DNA of 27,803 bases from Macrostomum lignano (lineage: Eukaryota), in contig NIVC01005048.1 in NCBI GenBank assembly GCA_002269645.1, forward strand, positions 1-27,803, written 5' to 3'. The notes under the pieces were generated by a model. It did no database searches, was not told the origin of the DNA, and saw nothing but the letters and a program-made list of their open reading frames with translations. Of this stretch, positions 1 through 11,048 are shown in pieces. The position numbers and the translations under genes are program-made. The first letter of the stretch is position 1. Every line of letters starts with the position of its first letter.

Positions 1-28
1 GGCTGGCAACTGCGAGGCGCGACATTCT
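1..28 (+). CDS. Candidate coding exon, 5'-truncated by window edge (LATARRDI, phase-2 end)
   Basis: Frame 3 open; CT|GTGAGC donor at 29; phase matches candidate exon 2801. Confidence 0.3.
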
Positions 29-47
29 GTGAGCAGATGGGTTCCGT

Positions 48-1614
48 GGGATCTGGGATCGGGGATCTGGGATCGGGGATCTGGATCGGGGATCTGGGAT
101 CGGGATCTGGGATCGGGGATCTGGATCGGGGATCTGGGATCGGGATCTGGGATCGGGGATCTGGGATCGGGGATCTGGGATCGGGGATCTGGGATCGGGG
201 ATCTGGGATCGGGGATCTGGGATCGGGGATCTGGGATCGGGGATCTGGGATCGGGGATCTGGGATCGGGGATCTGGATCGGGGATCTGGGAGGGGATCTG
301 GATGGGGGTCTGGGATCGGGGATCTGGGATCGGGGTGGGGGGGATCTGGATCGGGGGGTCGGGTCTGGGATCGGGGATCTGGGATCGGGGATCTGGATCG
401 GGCGATCTGGGATCGGGGATCTGGGATCGGATCTGGGATCGGGGATCTGGATCGGGATCTGGGATCGGGATCTGGGATCGGGGATCTGGGATCGGGGATC
501 TGGATCGGGGATCTGGGATCGGGGATCTGGATCGGGGATCTGGGATCGGGATCTGGGATCGGGGATCTGGGATCGGGGATCTGGGATCGGGGATCTGGGA
601 TCGGGGATCTGGGATCGGGATCTGGGATCGGGGATCTGGGATCGGGGATCTGGATCGGGGATCTGGGATCGGGGATCTGGGATCGGGATCTGGGATCGGG
701 GATCTGGGATCGGGGATCTGGGATCGGATCTGGGATCGGGGATCTGGGATCGGGATCTGGGATCGGGGATCTGGGATCGGGGATCTGGATCGGGGATCTG
801 GGATCGGGGATCTGGGATCGGGGATCTGGGATCGGGATCTGGATCGGGGATCTGGGATCGGGATCTGGGATCGGGATCTGGGATCGGGGATCTGGGATCG
901 GGGATCTGGATCGGATCTGGGATCGGGGATCTGGGATCGGGGATCTGGGATCGGGGATCTGGGATCGGGATCTGGGATCGGGGATCTGGGATCGGGGATC
1001 TGGGATCGGGGATCTGGGATCGGGGATCTGGGATCGGGATCTGGATCGGGGATCTGGGATCGGGATCTGGGATCGGGATCTGGGATCGGGGATCTGGATC
1101 GGGGATCTGGGATCGGGATCTGGGATCGGGATCTGGGATCGGGGATCTGGGATCGGGGATCTGGGATCGGGATCTGGGATCGGGATCTGGGATCGGGATC
1201 TGGGATCGGGGATCTGGGATCGGGGATCTGGGATCGGGATCTGGGATCGGGATCTGGATCGGGGATCTGGGATCGGGGATCTGGGATCGGGGATCTGGGA
1301 TCGGGGATCTGGGATCGGGGATCTGGGATCGGGGATCTGGGATCGGGGATCTGGGATCGGGGATCTGGGATCGGGGATCTGGGATCGGGGATCTGGGATC
1401 GGGGATCTGGGATCGGGGATCTGGGATCGGGGATCTGGGATCGGGGATCTGGGATCAGGGATCTGGGATCGGGATCTGGGATCGGGGATCTGGGATCGGG
1501 GATCTGGGATCGGGGATCTGGGATCGGGGATCTGGGATCGGGGATCTGGGATCGGGGATCTGGGATCGGGGATCTGGATCGGGGATCTGGGATCGGGGAT
1601 CTGGGATCTGGGAT
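48..1614. repeat. G-rich minisatellite, 14-bp unit GGGATCTGGGATCG(G) built from 7-bp halves, ~110 copies
   Basis: Direct reading; variants differ mainly in G-run length. Confidence 0.98.
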
Positions 1615-1927
1615 TCAATTTTTTGCCGTTTCGCTATCCATGAAGGAAATGAGTACACGGGATCATAATGCATAATTTACATGTGAATCGAGTTTCAAAA
1701 ATTGGTAATTCAATGATGTGAGGACTTAAGGTTATCTCTAACCTACTGGCTTTCCATTGCTCGACTGTTGCCATCAATCAAAGACGGTTTCAGAATATCT
1801 ACTGCTGACATTGATTCTGTTAGCCTCAATCAGATTTGGGTGTCGGATTTTTGTGGTCCGGAAAAGTTCCTCTATTCGAAATTGACGATCAAATTCTAAT
1901 CAAAGAAAGTGACGCTTAATTTCAAGC

Positions 1928-2662
1928 AGTGGCGCCAAATTCTAGATAGTGGCGCATCATTTTAGGCAGCGGCGCCTAATTTAAGACAGTGGCGCCCAAT
2001 TTAAGACAGCGGTGCTCAATTTAAGACAGTGGCGCCCAATTTTAGGCAGTGGCGCCCAATTTAAGACAGTGGTGCCAAATTTAAGACAGTGGCACCCAAT
2101 TTTAGGCAGTGGCGCTCAATTTAAGACAGTGGCGCCCAATTTTAGGCAGTGGCGCCCAATTTAAGACAGTGGTGCCAAATTTAAGACAGTGGCACCCAAT
2201 TTTAGGCAGTGGCACCCAATTTTAGGCAGTGGCGCCCAATTTTAGGCAGTGGCGCCCAATTTAAGACAGTGGTGCCAAATTTAAGACAGTGGCACCCAAT
2301 TTTAGGCAGTGGCGCCCAATTTTAGGCAGTGACGCCCAATTTTAGGCAGCGGCGCCCAATTTAAGACAGTGGCGCCCAATTTTAGGCAGTGGCGCCCAAT
2401 TTTAGGCAGTGGCGTCCAATTTTAGGCAGTGGCGCCCAATTTTAGGCAGCGGCGCCCAATTTTAGGCAGTGACGCCCAACTTTAGGCAGCGGCGCCCAAT
2501 TTAAGACAGTGGCGCCCAATTTTAGGCAGTGGCGCCCAATTTTAGGCAGTGACGCCCAATTTAAGACAGTGGCGACTAATTTTAGGTAGTGGCGCCCAAT
2601 TTTAGGCAGTGGCGCCCAATTTTATGTAGTGGCGCCCAATTTTAGACAGTGGCGCCCAATTT
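1928..2662. repeat. 20-bp minisatellite AGTGGCGCCCAATTT(TAGGC/AAGAC), ~36 copies
   Basis: Direct reading; two interspersed unit variants. Confidence 0.97.
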
Positions 2663-2800
2663 TCGACGATTGCATCGAATTAAAACCAATTTTTTTCTAG
2701 CTTACGAGCGTATTAGGACATAATATTTATAAAACTGAGAATAAACTCCTGACTTGAAGACTGGGCCGCTTGTTTAGAATGTTAATCCACTAATCCGCAG

Positions 2801-2866
2801 ATTTTCGCCATCGCTTGACAACCAGAAGCAGAAATTCAAAGCATTTCAGTCAACAGAATCTGTCAG
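2801..2866 (+). CDS. Candidate 66-nt internal exon (FSPSLDNQKQKFKAFQSTESV), phase 2/2
   Basis: CTAAT branch-like motif plus CCGCAG acceptor at 2800; CAG|GTTTCT donor is weak; frame open. Confidence 0.4.
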
Positions 2867-3121
2867 GTTTCTTCTTGTTTTGTCTGACCAAGTGATTTGG
2901 CGTTTGTACTAAGGGAGGATTAGCAGCTGACTAAAGAGGTGGATTAAAGATATTTCTAAAGCCCCACTGTCGAGGGATTTCGGGAATAAAACTGTCTGTC
3001 TGTCGGTAAGCTGGCGTAAAGTCGTGCCGTGCGAATAATGTTTTTTGCCACAAATGATTCTCTTTTTCGATCTATCCTGACGTGTATGGATGCAATGCGC
3101 ATGCATGGCATGTTTTACAGT

Positions 3122-3648
3122 GCCTGTCTTAGTGCTTGTCTCAGTGTCTGTCTCAGTGTCTGTCTCAGTGTCTGTCTCAGTGTCTGTCTCAGTGTCTGTC
3201 TCAGTGTCTGTCTCAGTGTCTGTCTGAGTGTCTGTCTCAGTGTCTGTCTGAGTGTCTGTCTCAGTGTCTGTCTGAGTGTCTGTCTCAGTGTCTGTCTCAG
3301 TGTCTGTCTCAGTGTCTGTCTCAGTGTCTGTCTCAGTGTCTGTCTCAGTGTCTGTCTCAGTGTCTGTCTCAGTGTCTGTCTCAGTGTCTGTCTCAGTGTC
3401 TGTCTCAGTGTCTGTCTCAGTGTCTGTCTCAGTGTCTGTCTCAGTGTCTGTCTCAGTGTCTGTCTCAGTGTCTGTCTCAGTGTCTGTCTCAGTGTCTGTC
3501 TCAGTGTCTGTCTCAGTGTCTGTCTCAGTGTCTGTCTCAGTGTCTGTCTCAGTGTCTGTCTCAGTGTCTGTCTCAGTGTCTGTCTCAGTGTCTGTCTCAG
3601 TGTCTGTCTCAGTGTCTGTCTCAGTGTCTGTCTCAGTGTCTGTCTTAG
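3122..3648. repeat. 12-bp minisatellite GTGTCTGTCTCA, ~44 near-perfect copies
   Basis: Direct reading. Confidence 0.98.
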
Positions 3649-3653
3649 TGTCC

Positions 3654-3731
<78 letters not shown>

Positions 3732-3772
3732 GTGTGTCTGTCTGTGTGTCTGTCTGTCTGTCTGTCTGTCTT

Positions 3773-3803
<31 letters not shown>

Positions 3804-3862
3804 GTCTGTCTGTCTCAGCGTCTGTCTCAGCGTCTGTCCAGTGTCTGTCTTATTGTCTGTCT
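3649..3862. repeat. (TGTC)n microsatellite contiguous with the 12-mer array
   Basis: Direct reading. Confidence 0.97.
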
Positions 3863-4860
3863 GTTGTATCGTTTTAATTCTTTTCAGTCGACTTTTTTAA
3901 TCAAAGCTACTATGCTCAGACGCTTGAATTGCTACTTTCAATACTTAAAGTAGTAACAAAGAAATTGTTTAATCCGTAATTCTACCTATGAATCTTTTAT
4001 CCATCATATTATATGATAATACTCATAGTAACACGGTGAAGCTTCTTAAACTTCCTCTATTGGACCGATTCGAACCCAATTATCCAGTTGGAAAAATCTA
4101 GAAAGGTATTTCACGCTAAAAGTGCATCCAATTCCCGGACAGCTTCCCGTAATTAAGTAGTTCTACTGTTGTGTCTTACAAAAAATCAAACGTGTAAACA
4201 AGGTCGGGCTCGAACTCGGCAAACGTTTGGAACCTGAGAATCTCGGCGCAGCCTACAGTAACCCGATAGCCCAGGCCTCGACTCGACAGGACTTTCGAGA
4301 GTCGCGAATGAAGCGATCAATCATGCTGCAGAGCTGTCAAAGAGAGCTTGCTTTCTGCTTCAAAGAAGCATTTGGCCAAAGTACGAGCTGGAAAGTACAT
4401 TGCCGTACCCACAGTTTCGGCAGGGAAAACATTCTAATTTGATGCCCAATCAGGTTGAGGAAAAGAAATTAGAGATAAGAGATTATAGATTAGATATTAG
4501 TGAGATAGGATATGAGAGGTGTCCAAAAAGTGGAAAATCTTGTCGTTTATTTTACTAAAAACTTTCGTGCATATGTTAATTTAACAAGAAGTGGTGCTTA
4601 CTTATTTCGCATACCACGTAATAATTTACAACGTATTACACTTGTCCTAATGGCCAGATATGCAACCGACAGCTCAGCCGCAGCTATTGCGCGGCGCATC
4701 TGAAGGCTGCGTACGGCTGTTCAGTCCAAGGACTGGGAGGTCGCCACACACACCCTCAATTACCCCAGCTAATTCTGGCACCAGGGGCATCGCCATGGAT
4801 TTTATGGTGGGGGACAAAGCCAAGAATTCAACATGTAAATGTACATGACTAAATTTTGGC

Positions 4861-5306
4861 ACTCATTTTGGCGCCGCAGGCATTCCTTTTAGCGCCGCAG
4901 GCATTCATTTTGGCGCTGCAGGCACTCATTTTGGCGCCGCGGCGCCGCAGGCATTCCTTTTAGCGCCACAGGCATTCATTTTGGCGCCGCGGGCACTCAT
5001 TTTGGTGCCGCAGGCATTCCTTTTAGCGCCGCAGGCATTCCTTTTAGCGCCACAGGCATTCATTTTGGCGCCGCAGGCACTCATTTTGGTGCCGCAGGCA
5101 TTCCTTTTAGCGCCGCAGGCATTCATTTTGGCGCCGCAGGCACTCATTTTGGCGCCGCAGGCACTCATTTTGGCGCCGCAGGCACTCATTTTGGCGCCGC
5201 AGGCATTCATTTTGGCGCTGCGGGCATTCCTTTTAGCGCCGCAGGCACTCATTTTAGCACCGCAGGCATTCATTTTGGCGCCGCGGGCATTCCTTTTGGC
5301 GCCGCG
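4861..5306. repeat. 21-bp minisatellite TTTT(G/A)GCGCCGCAGGCA(C/T)TC(A/C), ~21 copies
   Basis: Direct reading. Confidence 0.96.
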
Positions 5307-5448
5307 GACATATCCCCCCCAGAGCTTTTACTGGGGGGACATGTCCCCCCCCAGAGCTTTTACTGGGGGGACATGTCCCCCCCAGAGCTTTTACTGGGGG
5401 GACATGTCCCCCCCCCAGAGCTTTTACTGGGGGGACATGTCCCCCCCC
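5306..5448. repeat. ~30-32-bp palindromic unit GGGGGGACATGTCCCCCCCAGAGCTTTTACT, ~4.5 copies
   Basis: Direct reading; each unit contains GGGGGACATGTCCCCC and CCCCCAG..CTGGGGG inverted repeats. Confidence 0.93.
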
Positions 5449-5464
5449 GGTGGCGACGCGCCTG

Positions 5465-5600
5465 CCTGGCGCCCATTTCACAGCTGGGTGAGCTGAAGCA
5501 ATGCAGAGTTAAGTGTCTTGCTCAAGGACACAAATTGTTCTGAGTAGGTCAAGAATCGAACCCCCGACCTTTCTCAGTCTGCTACAAGAGCACTTAGGCC
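5465..5600 (-). mobile_element. Degenerate tRNA-derived SINE fragment with conserved central domain
   Basis: Minus strand: B-box-like GGTTCGATTCT (5562-5552), then TGTGTCCTTGAGCAAGACACTTAAC (5532-5508) resembling the CORE/Meta-type SINE central motif, then CTCACCCAGCTGTGAAATGGG; no clear A box; family not determinable by eye. Confidence 0.6.
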
Positions 5601-6385
5601 TATGATGGACAATAGAGTTACAAAAAGGGTTGTAAGAGAATATCAAAGAAGATCCCTAGCAGCGCTTTTGAGCATGACCTTGAAATGAAACTTGCCAGAG
5701 TTGCAATCGATCCAAAGGAAATTTGGTGGAGATGTATATGAGAAATCCGTAGGCAAAAGCACAATCGTATCACTACTTTTTGGACACCCCTCGTCGATGG
5801 AGAGCAGAGAGACAGAGTGACTTGCTGTAGGAATTAAGAGAATTAATTAATGCAAATGCATTAATAAAAAAACATACAACATCTTCATATGCAAATTGGA
5901 GGCTTGACTACATTAGTCGGGGACGCGACCTTGCGGTTGTTGCCAAGAAGACTCCCAACCCGGCTTCAGTCTCACTTTTTAGCTCATTAGTTTGCTGATT
6001 ACAGTAGCTTTCGATAATGGAGTCGCTTTGCTCGTAACTGGGTTTTGAGTGCTAAAATACGAGCGTATAACCAGCAAATTGAGTGCTAATTTTTAGTAGC
6101 TATGGAGATTAGGCTGAGCCAATCGAGATGACTTTGTATTGCTAGGTGAGTTGAGTTTGGTCAGGCCTAAGTGCTCTTGGGATTAGTTTTATCCTTGACA
6201 TTGGGTAACTGCATGGCCAGGTCAAATTGCCCCAGGGAATCTGTGACTGCAATGTACTAATAAAGCAATGTCAAATAGAATTATGCTGCGACTGCAAGCG
6301 ACTGCGACTTGTAAAGCTGTGAAGTCAAATGACCTTGAGCTCCGAGAAAAGTGATCATCTGACAAGAAATCATTGTGTGCCACTT

Positions 6386-6597
6386 AATCACGTGATCATC
6401 ATTTGGGGAACCTAGACTTCTAAAAATCGTGAGTCATATGCGTGATACAAGGTCGATTGCCACGCATCGGCTGCGTGCTTGCAAATCACGTGATTAATCT
6501 GTGCTAAAAATAGACTACTAGATTGCATGAGTCATCCACTTTGGCCAGTCAAACGCTATATAGGGGCAGTAAAGGGTTGACGGTGGACTTATATAAA
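6386..6597 (+). promoter_or_regulatory. Candidate enhancer/promoter: 2 palindromic E-boxes, 2 AP-1 sites, TATA-like box
   Basis: AATCACGTGAT 6386-6396, TGAGTCA 6430-6436, AATCACGTGATT 6484-6495, ATGAGTCAT 6527-6535, TATATAAA 6590-6597. Confidence 0.35.
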
Positions 6598-7004
6598 CAG
6601 CAAACCAGACTAAAGCCAAAAAAACTTTTTCCTAGCAAAACAAACCAAGGGAAATCCCGTACGTACTTTTATCCACAAAAACAGGCCATTGTGTAAAATG
6701 TATTGCAAATTTAAATAAAGGCTCTTGGTCTGCAAAAATCTGATGTTTGGCAATGATAAAACAAGCGAGCAAATGCGTTGTCTTTGGGAATTTGAGATGT
6801 TTAGCTGGCTTAGACGGTTGTGGGACCTGATGATATCTTCACAACTCTGGTGCATATTTCAAAGTGGGGATTTAAATGAGCATTTTTGAAAAAATTAAAA
6901 AAAGCCAAAGGATGAATCGTTTGAATTTGCGCATCTACCAGAAATTAGATACTGCTTCTGTTGAAAACGCTTTTGTATAGAATTTACCGCCAACACCCAT
7001 TCTG

Positions 7005-7382
7005 CTTCCATTTGGAGTTTGGCGCCAAGGTCTAAAGTAGCTTATGCTTTCATTTGGAGTTTGGCGCCAATGTCTAAAGTAGCTTATGCTTTCATTTGGA
7101 GTTTGGCGCCAATGCCTAAAGTAGCTTATGCTTCCATCTGGAGTTTGGCGCCAATGTCTAAAGTAGCTTATGCTTCCATCTGGAGTTTGGCGCCAATGTC
7201 TAATAGCTCCTGCTTCCATCTGGAGTTTAGCGCCAATGTCTAATAGCTCCTGCTTCCATCTGGAGTTTAGCGCCAATGTCTAATAGCTCCTGCTTCCATC
7301 TGGAGTTTGGCGCCAATGTCTAATAGCTTATGCTTCCATCTAAAGTTTGGCGCCAATGTCTAAAGTAGCTTATGCTTCCGTC
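7005..7382. repeat. 42-bp then 40-bp minisatellite (GTTTGGCGCCAATGTCTAAAGTAGCTTATGCTTCCATCTGGA), ~9 copies
   Basis: GGCGCC/AGCGCC cores at 7021,7063,7105,7147,7189 (period 42) then 7229,7269,7309,7349 (period 40). Confidence 0.96.
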
Positions 7383-8039
7383 TAGATCTAAAAGTGGGTG
7401 CCTCCACTTTTTGAGCTGAAGCATCATGGACCTGCTCTCAATTAGCTTGAATATTAAGTTGAATTTTTCAGTGGCCAATGGAATTTAGGAACGCAAGAAG
7501 AACCGACTCAGATATGCAAGCAAGTGCTGCCCCTATGCATGAATATAATGACTATTAGAAGTGCTCTATAGAGTTCTCAGCCCATGTTCGTCAATGGCTC
7601 ATAAGTGCCCAAACGCACGCAAGGCTACCATTGCACTACCACTTGAGGCTTTTATGCAATATCGTCTAGAAAGTGCTCGAGCTCATTCGCTCTTGCCAAT
7701 TTTACTTTAATCTTTTCTTCGACCCAAGAATTTTCTTGAGTTTTTGCTTGGCATGCAAATAGAGAGAAAGTTGTGCGTCTTCTATAACTATAAGTACACC
7801 CCTCTGTAAGTCTTACTTTCTCTCAAGACCTATCCTTCAAGACCTTCTGTTCCCGTCGCCATTTAGCGCATGGCAATTGGCTGCTGGGATCCGTATAGCA
7901 GCACAGATGAATTGTAGATATGCATCAGTTTGAAGACTTGCATCCCGAGTAGCCCCTGGCCAATCCCATTCCATCTCGAGCGCATATTTATATGCCCTGT
8001 AAGAGAAGAGGGGGGCGCAGTGCTAATTTGCATTTGAAG

Positions 8040-8104
8040 ACGGACTGGAGCAGCAAGCGAACCATTTTTTTCCAAACGTGCAAGCCATGGACGGATCAGC
8101 GAGA
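8040..8104 (+). CDS. Candidate 65-nt exon (RTGAASEPFFSKRASHGRISE), phase 2/1; alternatively a first exon with GCCATGG start at 8087 (MDGSAR)
   Basis: CTAAT plus TTGAAG acceptor at 8039; strong GA|GTGAGT donor at 8105; phases fit exons 2801 and 9351. Confidence 0.45.
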
Positions 8105-8237
8105 GTGAGTTTTGCGTCAGCTGTTCTCTACTGAAAGGCTAATTAATAGGCAAGGGTATTTTGTCTTTTTTTGCGTAAGCAAGACATTGTCGTTTAAAAC
8201 AAAGCTTTTTGGGTCGGAGCGTAGCTTTTAAGGTCGA

Positions 8238-9215
8238 TACTTCCCAAACTCGAAACTTCCCAAACTCGAAACTTCCCAAACTCGATACCCCCCAAACTCG
8301 AAACTTCCCAGACTCGATACCTCCCACAATCGAAACTTCCAAAACTCGAAACTTCCCAAGCTCGATACCTCCCAAACTTAAAATTTCCCAAACTCGATAA
8401 CTCACAAGCTCGAAACTTCCCAAACTCGAAACTTCCCAAATTCGAAACTTCCCAAACTCGAAACTTCCCAAACTCGAAACTTCCCAAACTCGAAACTTCC
8501 CAAACTCGAAACTTCCCAAACTCGATACCTCCCAAACTCGAAACTTCCCAGACTCGATACCTCCCACAATCGAAACTTCCAAAACTCGAAACTTCCCAAA
8601 CTCGAAACTTCCCAAACTCGAAACTTCCCAAACTCGAAACTTCCCAAACTCGATACCTCCCAAACTCGAAACTTCCCAGACTCGATACCTCCCACAATCG
8701 AAACTTCCAAAACTCGAAACTTCCCAAGCTCGATACCTCCCAAACTTAAAATTTCCCAAACTCGATAACTCACAAGCTCGAAACTTCCCAAACTCGAAAC
8801 TTCCCAAATTCGAAACTTCCCAAACTCGAAACTTCCCAAACTCGAAACTTCCCAAACTAGAAACTTCCCAAACTCGAAACTTCCCAAACTCGAAACTTCC
8901 CAAACTCGAAACTTCCCAAACTCGAAACTTCCCAAACTCGAAACTTCCCAAACTCGAAACTTCCCAAACTCGAAACTTCCCAAACTCGAAACTTCCCAAA
9001 CTCGAAACTTCCCAAACTCGAAACTTCCCAAACTCGAAACTTCCCAAACTAGAAACTTCCCAAACTCGAAACTTCCCAAACTCGAAACTTCCCAAACTCG
9101 AAACTTCCCAAGCTCGATACCTCCCAAGCTCGAAACTTCTCAAACTCGAGACTTCCCAAACTCGATACCTTACAAGCTCGAACTTTGTCCACTCAAAACA
9201 TCTCAAGCTCAAAAC
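8238..9215. repeat. 16-bp minisatellite AAACTTCCCAAACTCG, ~60 copies with higher-order duplications
   Basis: Direct reading; variant blocks recur at 8281, 8521, 8649. Confidence 0.98.
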
Positions 9216-9350
9216 TTCATAAGCTCGAATTGCAAGTTTTGATCTTGTAAAAGTGACACCTATGGGTAACCATAGCAACGCTCTCAAACGTTTTCTGTTG
9301 TTAATCACGTTTTTCTCTTCCTGCTTCCTGTCACCTCTGCCTCTGCTCAG

Positions 9351-9430
9351 ACTCATCATCTTCCTCATCAAATGCGGCTCGGGAAGGAAGCGAACTCAGT
9401 CGTCAGCAACGCATCCGAAAGAAACATCCC
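9351..9430 (+). CDS. Candidate 80-nt exon (SSSSSSNAAREGSELSRQQRIRKKHP), phase 1/0
   Basis: Long polypyrimidine tract plus CTCAG acceptor at 9350; CCC|GTGCGT donor; all three frames are open, frame chosen by phase compatibility. Confidence 0.55.
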
Positions 9431-9769
9431 GTGCGTGACTTGGAATAAAATAGTCGAAATATTCATTTCCGTTCGGCATTGATTTGCGCATAAATAGAGC
9501 AAAATTATCAGTCATGCGAAATCATTGGCAGCAAGTACTATTATTGCCGATTCCGAAAAACATCAAGTTTGAAAACGAACTCTGCAGTAAAGAAACAGCA
9601 ACATATGGTATTATATAATTTACTAGAACAGAAGTGACAAAATTCAAATTTCAAATACCAGAAAAGATGAGGGGAGAGGAATGAGAGCTAAGAAGGGATT
9701 TCTCTTAGAAGAGGAAGGAGCGATGGGAAAGTAAGAGAGGAGAGAGAGGAGAGACGAGAAACGAGAGAG

Positions 9770-10328
9770 AAGAAATGAGTGAGGTAGAGAGATGAGAGGA
9801 GAAATGAGAGAAAAGAGACGAGAGAGGAGAGAGAAGAGAGGAGATTGAAGAGAGGAGAGAAGAGAGAGAAGAGACGAGAGAGAAGAGAGAAGAGACGAGA
9901 GAGAAGAGAGAAGAGAGGAGAGAAGAGAGAGGAGAGAGGAGAGAGAAAAGAGAATTGAGAATTGAGGAGAGAGGAGAGAAGAGACAGAAGAGGTAGGAGT
10001 GGAGAGCTGGGAGATGAGAGATGAGCGATAGGAGAGGAGAGATGAGAGATGAGAGATAGAAGAGGAGAGATGAGAGATGAGCGATAGGAGAGGAGAGACG
10101 AGAGATGAGAGATAGGAGAGGAGAGATGAGAGATGAGCGATAGGAGAGGAGAGATGAGAGATGAGCGATAGGAGAGGAGAGATGAGAGATGAGCGATAGG
10201 AGAGGAGAGATGAGAGATGAGAGATAGGAGAGGAGAGATGAGAGATGAGAGGTAGGAGAGGAGAGATGAGAGATGAGAGATAGGAGAGGAGAGATGAGAG
10301 ATGAGAGATAGGAGAGGAGAGATGAGAG
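9770..10328. repeat. GA-rich purine tract grading into a ~28-bp unit TAGGAGAGGAGAGATGAGAGATGAGCGA
   Basis: Direct reading. Confidence 0.93.
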
Positions 10329-11048
10329 AGGCCCGTAAGGCGCCGGGGCCGGTGGAGCAGAATTAGATAGACAGGGTACGAGTAGATTTGCATGCTAGTA
10401 GATAAGAAAAGATACGAAAGATAAGCAAAAAAAGATAAGAAATGTAAACATTTTCTGTGATTGCAAACATTGTCGAGGCAAAAGGGTGACAAAGTACTCC
10501 GATTACACCAAGAATATGGATTTTGTAGGGGCGCGAAATCCAGGGAAAACCGACCCATTTGAGCAGTCTTAATCCTTAGAGAGGGGTGCGTCGAATCTCA
10601 AATCCCTCAAGACGGGGAGCTCAAATCCCCCATGCTGTCTGGATGCTGTGAGATAAAACGACTCAAGCAGAGCATAGGTGGGCATCAGTACCAGTTATTT
10701 ATGACTGAATATGAAATATTGCCCGAAACTTTGACCAGCAGCTTCCGTGCTCAACCCAGAATCTGGATTTCCTGCCCAGCCTGCCTTCGATAATGGGGGG
10801 GGGGGTGGAATGCCGCCGACCCCATTAGCAAATATCCCAAGCTTTTCCTGCTATCGATCAATTTCAGAAATTCAGGGGCCACGCCTGGCAAAAGGGAAAG
10901 ATCCCCTAATTATTATTTACTGCCGTTGCAAGTGCAAAATCAATGATAGTAACAATCTCACTAGATTTCCCATAACTCATGTTGATGTGCTCAGTCTTCA
11001 AATTATGATCCCAACTATTTTCCCATGTTTATTGAAATAATATTAGTG

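Noticed and set aside
29-1675. 548/543-aa ORFs (GSGIWDR repeats)
   Set aside because: Translation of a stop-free 14-bp array, open in several frames; lies just after a splice donor
3029-3953. SVCL / SQCL / SV repeat ORFs that look Cys-rich or membrane-like
   Set aside because: Products of the 12-mer and (TGTC)n arrays
4200-4275. Third tRNA/SINE head (GAGTTCGAGCCC at 4217-4206, minus strand)
   Set aside because: A box only 9/11 and no recognisable body; too weak to annotate
5306-7382. CRISPR-like arrays (30-42-bp partly palindromic repeats)
   Set aside because: Repeats are head-to-tail with no unique spacers, no cas genes, and the context is eukaryotic
8139-9371. 410-aa minus-strand ORF with repeating W/F pattern resembling a beta-solenoid
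   Set aside because: A 16-bp unit cycles through frames; the same peptide appears in all three frames
10740-10900. Coding-like ORF 10747-11040 (NGGGGGMPPTP)
   Set aside because: No convincing donor and not needed for the phase-consistent chain
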